Part shown: piece after piece, positions 1 through 9,031 of the stretch
Layout of the letters: every line of letters begins with the position of its first letter
Numbering within the stretch: the stretch's first letter is position 1
Source of the DNA: Bacteroidales bacterium
GTDB taxonomy: Bacteria; Bacteroidota; Bacteroidia; Bacteroidales; UBA3663
Direction of reading: 5' to 3'
NCBI GenBank assembly: GCA_045628525.1
Contig: JAZQPJ010000097.1
Location: forward strand, 10,364 to 74,363
Length of the DNA stretch: 64,000 bases
Translations under genes and position numbers: made by a program
Notes under the pieces: model-generated
Seen by the model: only the letters and a program-made list of their open reading frames with translations
Database searches by the model: none
What the model was told of the DNA's origin: nothing

Positions 1-827
1 GCCACGGTGAGCGGCTCGGCAAAGAGGGCGGCATCGAGCGAATGCTGAACGCTGACGGTGGCGCTGTTGGCTGTGCCCTGCACGCTGATGACGGCTGCGT
101 CACGCTCGGCACGATAGGCAGCAACCTCGGCGAAAGTGCCGACCCAGACCTTGTCCTCCTGCGCCTTGACCTCGTCGTAGAAAGCATAGAGCTGCTGTGG
201 ATCGTCCCACATGTCCCAGCCGTATGTGGTGCCGTGGGTCATGGTGACGCCCCACTCGCCGGTTTCGAGCAGGTCCTGCAGCCATACGCGCATGCTGTCG
301 GGCGTGGTGTGGCTCTCCTTCTGGCCGTGTCCGGTCTGATAGGTGCGGGTGGCTACGCGCCCCTCCTCGCACAGGGCAACGACCTCGGGGCTCATGGCAT
401 TGTATGGATAGGCCATCGTGATAGGACGCTTGCCGGTCACTGCCTCAAGCACAGAGTCGCAATGGGCGAGCTCCTGACGCACCTCGTCGAGCGAGAGACT
501 GGGCAGCGAAGGATGGTTCCAGGTGTGGTTGCTCATCTCGTGACCACGTCTGGAGAGGTCGGCCACCTGCTCCCAGGTCATCCAGGGATAGTCAGGACTG
601 TTGGTGTCCATGTTGGCTCCAATGATCCAGAAGGTACCGTGGAAGCCGCGCTTCTCGAGCTCGGGCGCAATGTCGGTGTAATGGCAGAGCATGCCATCGT
701 CGTAGGTGAAGCTGATGGCGCACTGCTTGCCATCGCGATAAGGGGTGATCGAGGCATCGAACTGGACGGTCTGCTGTGTACATGCTGCTAACATAAGGGC
801 GGCGGGAAGTATAAAGAGTTTTTTCAT
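1..827 (-). CDS. Polysaccharide deacetylase (NodB-homology, CE4-type) lipoprotein; 3' end runs off the window start
   Basis: Absent from the ORF track because it has no stop in the window. Manual reverse translation from ATG (complement of 825-827) gives MKKLFILPAALMLAACTQQ (lipobox LAAC), then ISFTYDDGM and HEMSNHTWNHPSL, which are NodB-type Asp and His metal/catalytic blocks. The listed + ORF 42..791 is its antisense shadow. Confidence 0.85.
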   Translation of the reverse strand, partial: MKKLFILPAALMLAACTQQTVQFDASITPYRDGKQCAISFTYDDGMLCHYTDIAPELEKRGFHGTFWIIGANMDTNSPDYPWMTWEQVADLSRRGHEMSNHTWNHPSLPSLSLDEVRQELAHCDSVLEAVTGKRPITMAYPYNAMSPEVVALCEEGRVATRTYQTGHGQKESHTTPDSMRVWLQDLLETGEWGVTMTHGTTYGWDMWDDPQQLYAFYDEVKAQEDKVWVGTFAEVAAYRAERDAAVISVQGTANSATVSVQHSLDAALFAEPLTV

Positions 828-861
828 CTGGTTATGGTGTAAAAAGGGATGTTTATGACCG

Positions 862-869
862 CAAAGATA
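862..869 (-). promoter_or_regulatory. Bacteroidetes -7 promoter box TATCTTTG (TAnnTTTG) for the CE4 gene
   Basis: The complement of caaagata reads TATCTTTG, about 35 nt upstream of ATG 827. It matches the published Bacteroides sigma-ABfr -7 consensus. Confidence 0.5.
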
Positions 870-988
870 GAGCAATTTGCAGACAAAAGCAAACAAAAGT
901 GTATTTTTTGTGCCGAAAAGTTTGGCAGAAAGGATTCATTGCGTTTTTTTACACCAAAATTTACCTATTATTTCAAATTTATAAAACA

Positions 989-1969
989 ATGCGACACTCA
1001 TTATTTCTTCTCCTCGCCTGCCTTTTCGTATCATTGAGCGGCTAGGCCGTTGCACAAAACCCAAACCTTAAGTGGGGCAAGCCTTCGCAGGTAGAGTGGG
1101 CTCTTCAGGCATGGGGCGAGGCTCCTGATGCCGAAGCCGTAGTGCTTTGCAAGACGATGGATGTAAACTACAAGATCTCACGTCAGTTCCAAAGCTACAG
1201 CAATGTCGATACCGAGCTCAGCGTCAGCAGCCTGGACAACATCGGCTCGACCGACAACCAGAGCATCACCATGACCTACGAGGTCAAGCTCCGCACCAAG
1301 ATCCTCAAGAACGAGGGCACCAAGTATGCCAACATCGACATCGTCTATTTTAATATGGAGGATGACTCAAAGATGTACGACGAGTTTGGCCGCGTCAAGG
1401 TCACCGTGCTCAGCCAGAACGAGAAGGGCAAGGTGCAGAAGAGCGACGTGAAGGCATCGAACTTCACCGACGAGCGCGTGAACAAGAACTACAAGGTTCG
1501 CCACATCGTCGTGCCCGATGTCAAGGCCGGCGACATTATCGAATATCAGTACGAGATCACCAGCACCCGAATCTCATACATCTATGACTGCAGCTTCCAG
1601 GAGGAGAACATCCCCGTGCTCTATGCCAAGTGCGAGATGAACATCCCTGCCATGCTTCAGTTTAACATGAACACCCCTGTGCACCCATTCATCAAGTCGA
1701 AGGCCGAAGCAGGAGTCATCCATGGCGAACTGGCCGGCGGTGACATGCAGGCATCCAAGTCATATCCGAGCAACCACTACACCATCGAGGGTCACGACAT
1801 CCTGCCCAAGGCTCTCGACCTGCAGCGCAAGAACCCTACCGCCGACGCTGCAAAGGTGTCGTCTGAGGCTACCGACATGCTGAAGACCCTGTCGGCTATC
1901 AAGAACCCTGGCGTAGCCAAACCAGCGCCAATTCCTGCCGGTAAGGCCCATCTGATGATGGCCAGGTAA
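989..1969 (+). pseudogene. DUF3857-like secreted protein gene interrupted by an in-frame TAG at 1043-1045 (alternatively a truncated CDS 1142..1969)
   Basis: ATG 989 gives MRHSLFLLLACLFVSLSG-TAG-AVAQNPNLKWGKPSQVEWALQAWGEAPDAEAVVL..., in the same frame as track ORF 1142..1969. Downstream blocks VPDVKAGDIIEYQYEITS and SFQEENIPVLYAKCEMNIP resemble the DUF3857 N-terminal domain of transglutaminase-like Bacteroidales proteins. Confidence 0.6.
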
Positions 1970-1999
1970 TCACACCGCCCGCAAGGCCTAACAAGTACA

Positions 2000-2038
2000 C
2001 AGCGCCCCTGTCCTCCAAGGCAAGGGCGCTGCTTTTTT
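2000..2038 (+). terminator. Rho-independent terminator
   Basis: Stem cagcgccc (2000-2007) pairs with gggcgctg (2024-2031) and is followed by cttttttg. Confidence 0.7.
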
Positions 2039-2135
2039 GTCGCAGAAACACAAAATATGAAACAAATTAGGGGCTATGTTACAAAAATAGAGCAGAATTG
2101 TTACACGAAATATTTGATATATTGAAAATATATCG

Positions 2136-2143
2136 TATCTTTG
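2136..2143 (+). promoter_or_regulatory. -7 promoter box TATCTTTG for the xylan-active operon
   Basis: Perfect TAnnTTTG match, 44 nt upstream of ATG 2187 in an AT-rich gap. Confidence 0.55.
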
Positions 2144-2186
2144 CACCATCATATTACGCGCAAACACCAAAACACAATATCTCATT

Positions 2187-4205
2187 ATGAAAAAACATTT
2201 CCTTTTGCTTACGATGGCAGGCATGGGTCTGCTGAATTGTCAGGCTACATACGCTGCCGACACGCATGTCATCGCCAGCCCCAGCGGTGACCTCAAGGTA
2301 CACCTGACCCTGGCTGAAGGCGGCAAGCCCCAGTATGTAGTAACCTTGGGCAACGACACCGTGATCACCCCATCGCACCTCGGCCTCAACACCACCATCG
2401 GCGACTTCACGCAGGGCCTGACCCTGGGCAAGGTGAGCGACGTGGCATCGGTGAGCGACACCTACGACATCGCTACGCTCAAGAAGCGCAACATCACCTA
2501 CACCGCCAACGAACAGACCTTCACCTTCAACCTGGGTAGCGGCAAGCCTGCCCTGGACATCACCTTCCACGTCGATGACAACAACGTAGCCTTCCGTTAT
2601 ATGATCTACCGCCAGAAGCCTCAGCGCGGCGACGAGCGCGTGGCCTGTCTGGTGAGCGACGAGCTGACCGACTTCGTGCTGCCACAGGGCACCACCACCT
2701 TCCTCTGCCCACAGATGACTCCCCAGACCGGTTTCGCCCGCACCGCACCAAGCTATGAGACCTACTACGAGTATGACGGCGAGATGGGCAAGAACGGCCA
2801 TGGCCGCGGATACACCTTCCCTGCACTCTTCAAAGTCAAGGCTTCGGCCCCTGAACCTGTTGGCAAGAAGGCCAAGAAGCAGGCTCCTACCGAGAGCAAC
2901 ATCTGGGTGATGCTCTGCGAGACCGACGTGGCCGGCAACTACTGCGGCTCACGTCTGGAGTGCAAGGACAACCAGTACAAAGTGACTTACCCCGAGATGA
3001 CCGAGTTCGGCGGCGTGGGCAGTGTGGAGCCAGGACTCATGCTGCCGGGCTACACCCCATGGCGCACCATTACCGTAGGCCGCACCCTCGCCCCCATCGC
3101 CGAGACCACCATCATGTGGGACCTTGTGAAGCCCATGTACGAAGCCTCGCAGCCTTACAACTACGGCAAGAGCACCTGGAGCTGGATCATCCGCATGGAC
3201 GCCAGCTGCAACTTCGACGAGCAGAAGGAGTACATCGACCTCGCCGCCGACCTCGGCTGGCAGTATGTGCTGATCGATGCCTGGTGGGATGCCAACATCG
3301 GCTACGAGCGCATGGAGCAGCTCTCTAAGTACGCCGCCACCAAGGGCATCGGCCTCTTCCTGTGGTACAATTCAAACGGCTACTGGAACGATGCACCACA
3401 GGGCCCACGCGGCAAGATGCACCGCATGCTCGAACGTCGCCGCGAGATGGCCTGGCTGCAGAAGGCAGGCATCAAGGGCCTGAAGGTCGATTTCATTGGT
3501 TCGGACAAGCAGCAGACCATGCAGATGTATGAGGACATGATGGTCGATGCCAACGACTACGGACTGATGATGATCTTCCACGGTTGTACCATCCCACGCG
3601 GCTGGGAGCGCATGTTCCCTAACTTCGTAGCTTGTGAGGCTGCGCGTGTGAGCGAGAACCTGGCCTTCGGTCAGTACGACAACGACATCGAGGCACTCGC
3701 CGCCACCATCCATCCGGTGCTGCGCAACGCCATCGGCAACATGGACTTCGGTGGTTCGACCCTCAACAAGCACTATTCGAAGAACAACGAACGTGGCACC
3801 CTGCGCAAGACCACCGATGTCTATGCCCTCGCTACTGCCGTATTGTTCCAGACCCCAGTACAGAATTTCGCTTTGACCCCCAACAACCTCACCGACGCTC
3901 CCGTCTGGGCCGTCGATTTCATGAAGCAGGTGCCAACCCTGTGGCAGGACATGAAGCTCATAGACTGCTACCCTGGCAAGCACATCACGATGGCACGTCA
4001 GGACACCAATGGCAACTGGTACCTCGCCGGCGTCAACGCCACCCGCGAGCCTTTGAAGGTGAAGCTCGACCTCAGCATGTTTGCCGGCAAAGAGGTAAGC
4101 CTCTATGTCAACAACGAGGTAATGACACTCAAGGTCGACAACAAGCTCCTGAAGAAAGGCCTCGACGTCGTGATTCCATCTGACGGTGGCGTCGTAGTAA
4201 AATAA
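2187..4205 (+). CDS. Glycoside hydrolase family 97 (SusB-like alpha-glycosidase)
   Basis: 672-aa ORF with signal peptide MKKHFLLLTMAGMGLLNCQATYA. Blocks YVLIDAWWDANIGY, LKVDFIGSDKQQ and IFHGCTIPRGWERMFPN are typical of GH97. Confidence 0.9.
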   Translation: MKKHFLLLTMAGMGLLNCQATYAADTHVIASPSGDLKVHLTLAEGGKPQYVVTLGNDTVITPSHLGLNTTIGDFTQGLTLGKVSDVASVSDTYDIATLKKRNITYTANEQTFTFNLGSGKPALDITFHVDDNNVAFRYMIYRQKPQRGDERVACLVSDELTDFVLPQGTTTFLCPQMTPQTGFARTAPSYETYYEYDGEMGKNGHGRGYTFPALFKVKASAPEPVGKKAKKQAPTESNIWVMLCETDVAGNYCGSRLECKDNQYKVTYPEMTEFGGVGSVEPGLMLPGYTPWRTITVGRTLAPIAETTIMWDLVKPMYEASQPYNYGKSTWSWIIRMDASCNFDEQKEYIDLAADLGWQYVLIDAWWDANIGYERMEQLSKYAATKGIGLFLWYNSNGYWNDAPQGPRGKMHRMLERRREMAWLQKAGIKGLKVDFIGSDKQQTMQMYEDMMVDANDYGLMMIFHGCTIPRGWERMFPNFVACEAARVSENLAFGQYDNDIEALAATIHPVLRNAIGNMDFGGSTLNKHYSKNNERGTLRKTTDVYALATAVLFQTPVQNFALTPNNLTDAPVWAVDFMKQVPTLWQDMKLIDCYPGKHITMARQDTNGNWYLAGVNATREPLKVKLDLSMFAGKEVSLYVNNEVMTLKVDNKLLKKGLDVVIPSDGGVVVK

Positions 4206-4230
4206 AAATACATCATTACCAACAATAATT

Positions 4231-5004
4231 ATGAAGAACAGAAGATTTCTGAGCGTGGCAGCCGCCATGTTGATGGCTTTGATGGGGACATCGGCCATGG
4301 CTCAGCACAAAGGACCCGTGCTGACCGACTATTTCACCGAGGTGTCAGCCACCCAAGTATCCACCCCTGACGACCAGGGCTTCATCCGCCGCTGGATGCT
4401 GCTCGAGCCCGTGGGCAAGCCCAACCGCTCGAACACTCCTTTCGTAGATAGCTACCTGCGCGAGCATCTGAACCAGGAGTATTTCAAGGGTCAGCAGACC
4501 ATCATGCCTAAGAATGGACAGAAGGTGAATGTAACCTACACCGTGGAGGAGATGCCAGCCAACTTCGACTACCGCAACCCAACCCCACCAACCATCAAGA
4601 CCGTGAAGGACAAGCTGGCCTGGCACGAGCTGGAGAGCAACCGCTACAACGTGAAGCTGTTCCGCTTCGCTTCCGGCCTCGACAAGACCGTCTATGGCGT
4701 GATCTTCTTCGCTGTCACCGTCATCGAGTGCGACGAGGATATCGAGAACGTACGCCTGGCCGTGGGTTCTAACTCTGGTTCACTTTGGTGGCTCAATGGC
4801 GAGGAGACCCTCATCCTCAGCGGTGACCGCCGCATGGTGCAGGACGACTGCGTATCGAAGCGCATCACCCTCAAGAAGGGCCGCAACGTGCTGCGCGGTG
4901 CTGTGATCAATGGTCCTGGCATGAGCGACTTCTGCGTTCGTTTCATCGACGAGAAGGGCAATCCAGTGAAGGGTTATAAGGTAATTTCAACAAGTGCTAA
5001 GTAA
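4231..5004 (+). CDS. Secreted protein of unknown function (signal peptide; possibly a beta-sandwich accessory protein)
   Basis: 257-aa ORF with signal peptide ending GTSAMAQ. It is tightly packed between GH97 and GH43. I cannot assign any catalytic motif. Confidence 0.75.
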   Translation: MKNRRFLSVAAAMLMALMGTSAMAQHKGPVLTDYFTEVSATQVSTPDDQGFIRRWMLLEPVGKPNRSNTPFVDSYLREHLNQEYFKGQQTIMPKNGQKVNVTYTVEEMPANFDYRNPTPPTIKTVKDKLAWHELESNRYNVKLFRFASGLDKTVYGVIFFAVTVIECDEDIENVRLAVGSNSGSLWWLNGEETLILSGDRRMVQDDCVSKRITLKKGRNVLRGAVINGPGMSDFCVRFIDEKGNPVKGYKVISTSAK

Positions 5005-5023
5005 CAATAAAGAAGAAACGACT

Positions 5024-6490
5024 ATGAAAAAGATTAATATTTTCGCTACACTGGCACTTGCCACACTTACATATTACAATGCCGATGCACAGATCGGCCA
5101 GCCATGGATCCACGATCCATCGACCCTGGTAGAGTGCGACGGCAAATGGTACACCTACGGCACCGGCGGCGGCGGCCTCGTCACCGAGGACGGCTGGTCA
5201 TGGACCGGTCTGCCACGCGAGGCACGTCCAGGCGGCGGCGCTGCTCCTGATGCCATCAAGATGGGCCCTAACAAGTACCTCATCGTCTATGGCGCAACGG
5301 GCGGTGGCCTCGGCGGCCGCCACAACGGTACCATCCTGACCATGTGGAACAAGAACCTCGACCCTAACCACCCAGACTTCAAGTACACCGAGGCCATTCA
5401 GGTGGCTGCTTCTGACGGCTTCGAGGACAATGACGCTATCGATCCAGGTATCCTCCTCGACCCAACCACCGGTCGCATGTGGGTATCGTACGGCACCTAC
5501 TTCGGCAACATCCGCATCATCGAGCTCGATCCCAAGACCGGCAAGCGTGTGGAGGGCAACGTGGCCAAGGACATCGCCATCGACTGCGAGGCTTCGGACC
5601 TCCTGTATCGTGACGGCTGGTATTACCTGCTCGGCACCCACGGCACCTGCTGCGACGGTGTGAACTCTACCTACAACATCGTGGTGGGTCGTTCAAAGTC
5701 TGTTACTGGTCCATACATCGACAACGTTGGCCGCGACATGATGGCCGGCGGCGGCAAGATGGTGGTCTATGCCGGCAATCGCAAGACGGGTGCCGGTCAC
5801 TTCGGCCGTACCGTCGTTGACGATGGCGTGGAGATCACCTCATTCCACTGGGAGGCTGACTACGACCTGAGCGGCCGCAGCACCCTCGCCATCCACCCAT
5901 TGCTCTGGAAGAACGGCTGGCCAGTGGCTGGCGAGCAGTTCCAGGAGGGCACCTACATGATCGAGTCAGAGCGTCGCGGCTATGCACTTGAGCTGGCCGT
6001 TGACTTCCAGCGTCAGCAGGTGGAGCGCGTGCGTCACTGGGGCGTTGACCCCAACGAGCCAACCAAGAAGCTCGACATACAGACCCTCGACCAGGTGAAG
6101 GACACCTGGCCAGCCGGCGAGACCGACATCCGCATCGGCGACTACATGTTCCGTCCTCACCAGCGCTGGACCATCACCGCCGTGCCTGAGGCTGGCGGCT
6201 ACCTGTCAGCACCTTACTTCAAGATCTGCATCGAGGGCACCAACCGCGCACTCGCTGCCACCGAGGCCGGCGACGTGATCAGCGTGCCTGAGTTCACCGG
6301 TGCCAACGAGCAGCTCTGGCGCATCGAGCAGTGCATCGATGGCACGTACCGCATCATGCCTAAGCAGATTCCTGGACAGGAGGGCATCAACACCAAGTAC
6401 GTACTCTACTCTATCGGCGACAGCACCCCAACACTCACCAACTGGGACTTCAACTCCGACAACGCCAAGTGGAACTTCCGCCAGCGTTAA
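5024..6490 (+). CDS. GH43 five-bladed-propeller hydrolase with a C-terminal ricin-type beta-trefoil (CBM13-like) domain
   Basis: ATG 5024 is preferred over GTG 4994, which overlaps the upstream stop. Signal peptide MKKINIFATLALATLTYYNADAQ. N-terminal WIHDPS...DGKWYTYGTG. The C-terminal ~130 aa carry three QxW-like repeats (HQRW, EQLW, NAKW). Confidence 0.85.
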   Translation: MKKINIFATLALATLTYYNADAQIGQPWIHDPSTLVECDGKWYTYGTGGGGLVTEDGWSWTGLPREARPGGGAAPDAIKMGPNKYLIVYGATGGGLGGRHNGTILTMWNKNLDPNHPDFKYTEAIQVAASDGFEDNDAIDPGILLDPTTGRMWVSYGTYFGNIRIIELDPKTGKRVEGNVAKDIAIDCEASDLLYRDGWYYLLGTHGTCCDGVNSTYNIVVGRSKSVTGPYIDNVGRDMMAGGGKMVVYAGNRKTGAGHFGRTVVDDGVEITSFHWEADYDLSGRSTLAIHPLLWKNGWPVAGEQFQEGTYMIESERRGYALELAVDFQRQQVERVRHWGVDPNEPTKKLDIQTLDQVKDTWPAGETDIRIGDYMFRPHQRWTITAVPEAGGYLSAPYFKICIEGTNRALAATEAGDVISVPEFTGANEQLWRIEQCIDGTYRIMPKQIPGQEGINTKYVLYSIGDSTPTLTNWDFNSDNAKWNFRQR

Positions 6491-6520
6491 TCCCGTTCAT
6501 CAATCGCTAAACAACCACCC

Positions 6521-9010
6521 ATGAAGAGACTCATTATTGTTACCCTCTCTCTTCTGTGTACAGCTGCAGGCACCTGGGCGCATGACTATCAGTTCACGCC
6601 CCAGGGCCTGCATGCCTATCTGCAGGAGCAGGAGGTCGTGATCACCTATTACACACCCAACATCGTACGTGTGCACAAGAAGCCCCTGGCCAGCCAGGTC
6701 GAGGAGCTGCCCAGCTTCTCGGTCATCGCACAGCCCCAGAAGGTCAGGGTGCAGGGCCAGGCCAAGGCCGGCAGCTTTGTGCTGAAGAGCGGGACGCTGA
6801 CCGTGCGCGTCGATGAGCAGACGGGCGTCATCAGCTTCTACGACAAGCGCGACACGCTGCTGCTCAGCGAACTGCCCGTGGCCGAGGCTTTCCGCCCCAT
6901 CGACGATGCAGGCCGCGCCAGCTACAGCGTCACCCAGTCGTTCCGTTTGCGCCCCGATGAGGCCATCTACGGCCTCGGCCAGACACAGAGCGGCAAGATG
7001 TCGCAGCGTGGCGTCGTCAAAAAGATGATACAGAACAATACCGAGGACTTCTCGCCCGTCATACAGTCGGTGCGGGGCTACGGTCTCTTCTGGGACAACT
7101 ATTCGCCCACGCTCTTCTCCGACAAGCCTGAGGCCACCACCTTCCAGAGCGAGGTGGGCGACTGCATGGACTACTACTTCGTCTGGGGTGGCAACATGGA
7201 CGGCACCGTGGCAGGCCTGCGCCAGCTCACGGGCGAGGTGCCCATGTTCCCACTCTGGACCTACGGTTTCTTCCAGAGCAAGGAGCGCTACAAGAGCCAA
7301 GACGAGACGGTGGGCATCGTGCGCCGCCACCGCGAACTGGGCGTGCCGCTCGATGGCATCATCCAGGACTGGCAATACTGGGGCTCGAACTACCTGTGGA
7401 ATGCCATGGACTTCCTCAACGACGAGTTCCCCGACCCTCAGCGCATGATCGATCAGGTGCACGCTATGAATGCCCGCATGGTCATCTCCATCTGGTCGTC
7501 GTTCGGCCCACAGACCAAGCCCTATCGCGACCTCAAGGCCAAAGGACTCCTCTGGGGCATCGAGACCTGGCCGCAGTCGGGCAGCACCCTCTGGCCGCCA
7601 CGCAAGGAGGATTATCCTTCGGGCGTGATGGTCTATAACCCTTATTCAAGCGAGGCACGCGACATCTACTGGAAGTACCTCAACCAAGGCATCTTCCGCC
7701 TCGGCATGGACGGCTGGTGGATGGACTCCACCGAGCCCGACCACCTCTATTGGCCCGACTCCGACCTCAACCTCCAGACCGGCATCGGCTCGTGGCGACG
7801 TGTGCGCAACGCCTTCCCTATCGCCACCGTGGGCGGTGTCTATGACCACCAGCGTGCCGAGATTGAGCGACTCAAGGCCGAGGAGCCTGATGCCAAGGCT
7901 CAGAACCAGAACAAGCGAGTCTTCATCCTCACCCGTTCGGGCATCATCGGCCAGCAGCGCTATGGTTCGAATGTATGGACAGGCGACGTCGGCTCGTCAT
8001 GGGAGTCGTTCCGAGCACAGATTCCCGCAGGACTTAACTTCAACCTCACGGGCATGCCGCATTGGAACACCGATCTGGGCGGCTTCTTCTGCTCGAAGTA
8101 CAACGGCCCAGGCTACAAGGCAGCACAGAACCCGCTCTATCAGGAGCTCTATGTGCGCTGGCTGCAGTTCGGCATCTTCTGCCCGATGATGCGCAGCCAT
8201 GGTGCCGATGCGCCACGCGAGATCTGGCAGTTCGGTGACCCGGGCACACCCGTGTACGAAGCCATCGCCAAGGGCATCCGCCAGCGTTACGCCCTTATAC
8301 CTTATATATATAGTACCTCATGGCAAGTGACCCACTGCAACGGCTCGTTCATGCGCGCCCTCGCCATGGACTTTGCCGCCGACCAGAAGGTGTGGGACAT
8401 CAACAGCGAGTACATGTTTGGCGATGCCTTCCTCGTCGCTCCCGTCACCCATGCCCAGTACACCTCCGAGGTGGAGGGACACATCGGCGAGATGGAGGGC
8501 TGGAACCGACTCACCGACAACAAGGCACAGCGCAAGGAGCTGGTTGACTTCAGCGCAGCCAGGAGCATGGACATCTACCTGCCAGCCGGTGCCCAGTGGT
8601 ACGACTGGTATTCGGGCAAGCGCTATGAGGGTGGCCAGACCATCGCCTACGACACCCATTTCGACGAGATCCCATTGCTCGTGCGTGCCGGCAGCATCGT
8701 GCCCATGCAGACCGATGCCGTGCAATACACCACACAGAAGGCATGGGACAACCTCACCCTCCGCATCTATCCGGGTGCCGACGCCTCGTTCGTCTTCTAC
8801 GAGGATGAGTTCGACAACTACAACTACGAGCAGGGAGCTTACACCGAGATACCCATGCAGTGGAACGACAAGACACACACCCTCACCCTCGGCAAGCGTC
8901 AGGGCACCTACCCTGGCATGATCGAGCACCGCACCTTCACCGTCGTACTGCCCGATGGCACACAGCAGACCATCAGCTACGACGGCAAGGCCACTCGACT
9001 GAAAATGTAA
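6521..9010 (+). CDS. Glycoside hydrolase family 31 (alpha-xylosidase/alpha-glucosidase type)
   Basis: 829 aa with a signal peptide. Contains the block IIQDWQYWGS and the nucleophile-region block GMDGWWMDSTEPD, which matches the GH31 W-x-D-x-x-E signature. Confidence 0.9.
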   Translation: MKRLIIVTLSLLCTAAGTWAHDYQFTPQGLHAYLQEQEVVITYYTPNIVRVHKKPLASQVEELPSFSVIAQPQKVRVQGQAKAGSFVLKSGTLTVRVDEQTGVISFYDKRDTLLLSELPVAEAFRPIDDAGRASYSVTQSFRLRPDEAIYGLGQTQSGKMSQRGVVKKMIQNNTEDFSPVIQSVRGYGLFWDNYSPTLFSDKPEATTFQSEVGDCMDYYFVWGGNMDGTVAGLRQLTGEVPMFPLWTYGFFQSKERYKSQDETVGIVRRHRELGVPLDGIIQDWQYWGSNYLWNAMDFLNDEFPDPQRMIDQVHAMNARMVISIWSSFGPQTKPYRDLKAKGLLWGIETWPQSGSTLWPPRKEDYPSGVMVYNPYSSEARDIYWKYLNQGIFRLGMDGWWMDSTEPDHLYWPDSDLNLQTGIGSWRRVRNAFPIATVGGVYDHQRAEIERLKAEEPDAKAQNQNKRVFILTRSGIIGQQRYGSNVWTGDVGSSWESFRAQIPAGLNFNLTGMPHWNTDLGGFFCSKYNGPGYKAAQNPLYQELYVRWLQFGIFCPMMRSHGADAPREIWQFGDPGTPVYEAIAKGIRQRYALIPYIYSTSWQVTHCNGSFMRALAMDFAADQKVWDINSEYMFGDAFLVAPVTHAQYTSEVEGHIGEMEGWNRLTDNKAQRKELVDFSAARSMDIYLPAGAQWYDWYSGKRYEGGQTIAYDTHFDEIPLLVRAGSIVPMQTDAVQYTTQKAWDNLTLRIYPGADASFVFYEDEFDNYNYEQGAYTEIPMQWNDKTHTLTLGKRQGTYPGMIEHRTFTVVLPDGTQQTISYDGKATRLKM

Positions 9011-9031
9011 ATCATTACCTATACAACTGAC

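Noticed and set aside
42-791. 249-aa + strand ORF at the window start
   Set aside because: It is the antisense frame of the CE4 deacetylase gene (1..827, minus), which has clear NodB motifs and a lipoprotein signal. The + ORF is Ala/Gly/Val/His-rich with no recognisable motif.
849-1037. 62-aa + ORF in the CE4/DUF3857 intergenic region (also small ORFs 33866..34069, 38805..39026, 61487..61786)
   Set aside because: They are AT-rich intergenic or promoter sequence with Phe/Lys/Ile-biased translations. They overlap promoter boxes or hairpin repeats.
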